From Diadema antillarum (Eukaryota): a stretch of DNA of 64,000 bases. The stretch covers positions 1 to 64,000 of the forward strand of contig NW_027271379.1 of NCBI RefSeq assembly GCF_040938485.1, given 5' to 3'. The notes beneath the pieces were generated by a model. It saw nothing but the letters and a program-made list of their open reading frames with translations. It was not told where the DNA came from and did not search any database. Both the position numbers and the translations under genes were made by a program. Positions 61,694-64,000 of this stretch are shown here, one piece after another; within the stretch, counting starts at the first letter, position 1, and every line of letters starts with the position of its first letter.

Positions 61694-62496
61694 CCCTAAA
61701 AAGACTGGGGGGGGGCCCTAAAAGGCCCCCCCCTCGACATTTCGCGCGATTACTCAGCAACACACAATGCTCTCGCCGCGATGCTCTATGACTTTTTTCT
61801 TTCGAGTTTCCCGCACATTTTGACACCAAATTTGTGACGCCCGGGGGTACGGTTCTGAAGTTACGTAACTTTTTGTACATGCACGTGAGACCGAAAATGG
61901 CTCAAAAATGTGATTTTGTGTACAAAGTCAATACAAATTGAGTTTTATCACATGGTTCATATAAATATGCTTATTTTTACTCTCAATGGCTAAAATCAAT
62001 TTGTTTTAGTAGTATTATGCTTCAAAAAGGGTCTGCCACAAATTTTGCTGAAAAAAACAACAAAAACAAAAGGTCGAAAAAACAAAGACATACATAAGAA
62101 ATTCATAAAACAATAAAATAAATAAGAAATTAATTTTGATACCGAATTTTTTTTCAAGTACATTTGCTAAGAATGCTACAAAGAATATCTAGACCAAAAA
62201 AGAGCACTTTTGGAGCTTTATTTACTGATTTAGATAAAAAAGTCTGATTTCTGATTTCTGATGTCTGATAAAAAAGTCTGATTTCTCGCATAAATTAGCA
62301 TAATTAATCAAAATAAAATAAAAGAAGACTATTTTGGAAAATTTAAATATACGATCTTGTAGATTACATCGCACACTACCATTGTGCAAATTTCCGCGGC
62401 GATCGCGCGATCCACGGCCGAGATCTTAAGGGGGGGCCCTTTAGGCCCCCCCCCCCCAGTCTTTCGAGCTACCAAAATAGCCCAGTCTCTTTAGGG
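61694..62496 (-). mobile_element. piggyBac-like MITE, TTAA TSD (copy 2, inverted)
   Basis: ttaa|ccctaaaaagactggg ... cccagtctctttaggg|ttaa; interior is the reverse complement of 57733-58531. Confidence 0.85.
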
Positions 62497-62782
62497 TTAA
62501 GTACACATGTAAACCATGTATAGGGCAGTTAGGGTCAGTTAGTTTTGTACACATACCTCTTTAAAATACATCAAATTGTAGGTTAATGTGAATCATATAA
62601 TGCTCAAACAAAATAAGCACCATCGGAAATTCTTTCAGAGTCCTGTCATAAATACTGAAATTGAAATACAGGTGTAACGCAAAAGGTCTAAACGAATTCA
62701 TGAACAGTGGACCCAATAGCCCTCTACCTTTTGGAGTTAAAATAACTAGTAAATGCTTAAATCTTTATTGTAAATTGTATGC

Positions 62783-63270
62783 AATTGAGTATCTGAATAT
62801 AAGAACGACCCAAGTCCATGGAAGACCATTTCGAGTAAACTTTAAAAAACTTCATATCTTTTTTATTTGTCCAATAATATTCTATTTAACTGTGATGGGA
62901 AGGCAACATTGTATATACAAATTAGAACATACATGTATAACATTATGACAATTAACATTTACATTAATTGTGGAGAGGCCATTTTGTGTGATTGGCTTGG
63001 GTCGTTCTTTGATTCATATACATGATATTCTGCTATAGAGATGAGAGAAGAACGAGAGAGGGCGCTATAATATGAATGTAAGAATGACCCAAGTCCTTCA
63101 TTCTTACATTCATATAAGATTTAACTCATTTATTTCAGGCACTTCCGGGGGTAATTAGGATTTATCATTTATACACAAGATGAGTCCATGCATAAGCTAC
63201 AATTTCCCATGTCAAACTGAATTTGGTCAAAAATTGGACTTGGGTCATTCTTATATCCAGGTCTTCAATT
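62783..63270. mobile_element. TIR element with internal copies of its TIR motif
   Basis: aattgagtatctgaatataagaacgacccaagtcca / tggacttgggtcattcttatatccaggtcttcaatt; aagaa(c/t)gacccaag recurs at ~62997-63012 (inverted) and ~63080-63097. Confidence 0.6.
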
Positions 63271-63663
63271 AAATTTGACATATTTTCTTTTTTTTTTCTG
63301 TTATTTCCATAAGGGGATAAGTCACTATTTTAAGCTACCAACACCTAAAGAGCAGTTACATAATTTATTTGATAATTAGAGATTCTTTGAACATGTGATA
63401 CTATGTAAACATTCTTCTTTTTTTCATAAAGAGGAACATTACCATGACTGCTAACAATTACCATGACTGCTAACACATCATAATTAGGGAGTTTCCCAAG
63501 GGCAATCTAATAGGTACTTGCATATCATAGACTACTCAAAAGGTGAAAATTGATTCAAAATCAGGGAGTATTATTTTATATTCTCTTGTTGACACTTGAA
63601 GAGATGATCAAAATGTCCCCTGCCGAAACAAGGAGACTTGTCAGTTCTGTATTATGGCTCAAC

Positions 63664-63988
63664 AGGGGGCTTTAGATTTGACGCGCGGACGTTTGAGACG
63701 ACGATTGCGCTAGTCATTCTCTTCTCTCCCTGCGTCGTGCTGAAAAGTAGCTTTAGAGTATGCAGAGACGCAACCTATAAAAAATAAAATGGCACCCCCC
63801 ATTTGATGGGTGCATGAAGTAGCTCTATACGTCATGAATTGATCGGACATAAAAATAGCCCAGAAGGCGTAGTGGAAAGTTTCAGGGGACGCAAGCTATG
63901 AATAGATCAACTTGACGCATGTTTTAGTGCAAGCTCAGAACATTTTTTTCTCTCTGAACATCCCTGTTGCGAAAATCTAAAGCTCCCT
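63664..63988. mobile_element. MITE with AGGG(G/A)GCTTTAGATTT TIRs
   Basis: agggggctttagattt ... aaatctaaagctccct; TSD not clear. Confidence 0.55.
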
Positions 63989-64000
63989 AGTATTGATCTA

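Noticed and set aside
1167-62948. Plus-strand ORFs of 60-150 aa as a second gene
   Set aside because: They are antisense shadows of GC-rich exons or lie in MITEs or AT-rich introns, with no coherent splice pattern or protein motif.

Overview
AT-rich animal genomic DNA. The repeat content suggests a marine invertebrate, possibly a sea urchin (tentative). There are two assembly gaps (9372-9523, 25852-26022). The window lies inside one large minus-strand gene whose start and end are outside the window. I traced 58 GT-AG exons by hand between 61629 and 535. They splice into one open frame of about 3,020 codons; the only unverified junction is the 3' end of the exon that runs into the first gap. 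The protein segment is a tandem array of a four-exon module of about 190-235 aa: exon A (phase 0-2), B (2-1), C (1-0) and D (0-0). All 14 D exons carry a Cys at codon 15 and a second Cys 23-28 residues later. The C+D exons resemble the 'FLVDNETF...LSLP...LCN...ELC' part of ABCA extracellular domain 1 (ECD1), so the best reading is an ABCA-type lipid transporter with a greatly amplified ECD1. No transmembrane or ATPase exon is in the window, so the family call is provisional. The introns hold many non-autonomous elements: TA-, TTAA- and 6-bp-TSD MITEs, a Helentron-like element with 152-bp tandem repeats, a LINE fragment nested in a MITE, tRNA-derived sequences, a 147-bp palindrome and microsatellites. 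Modules are numbered 0-14 in the direction of transcription.
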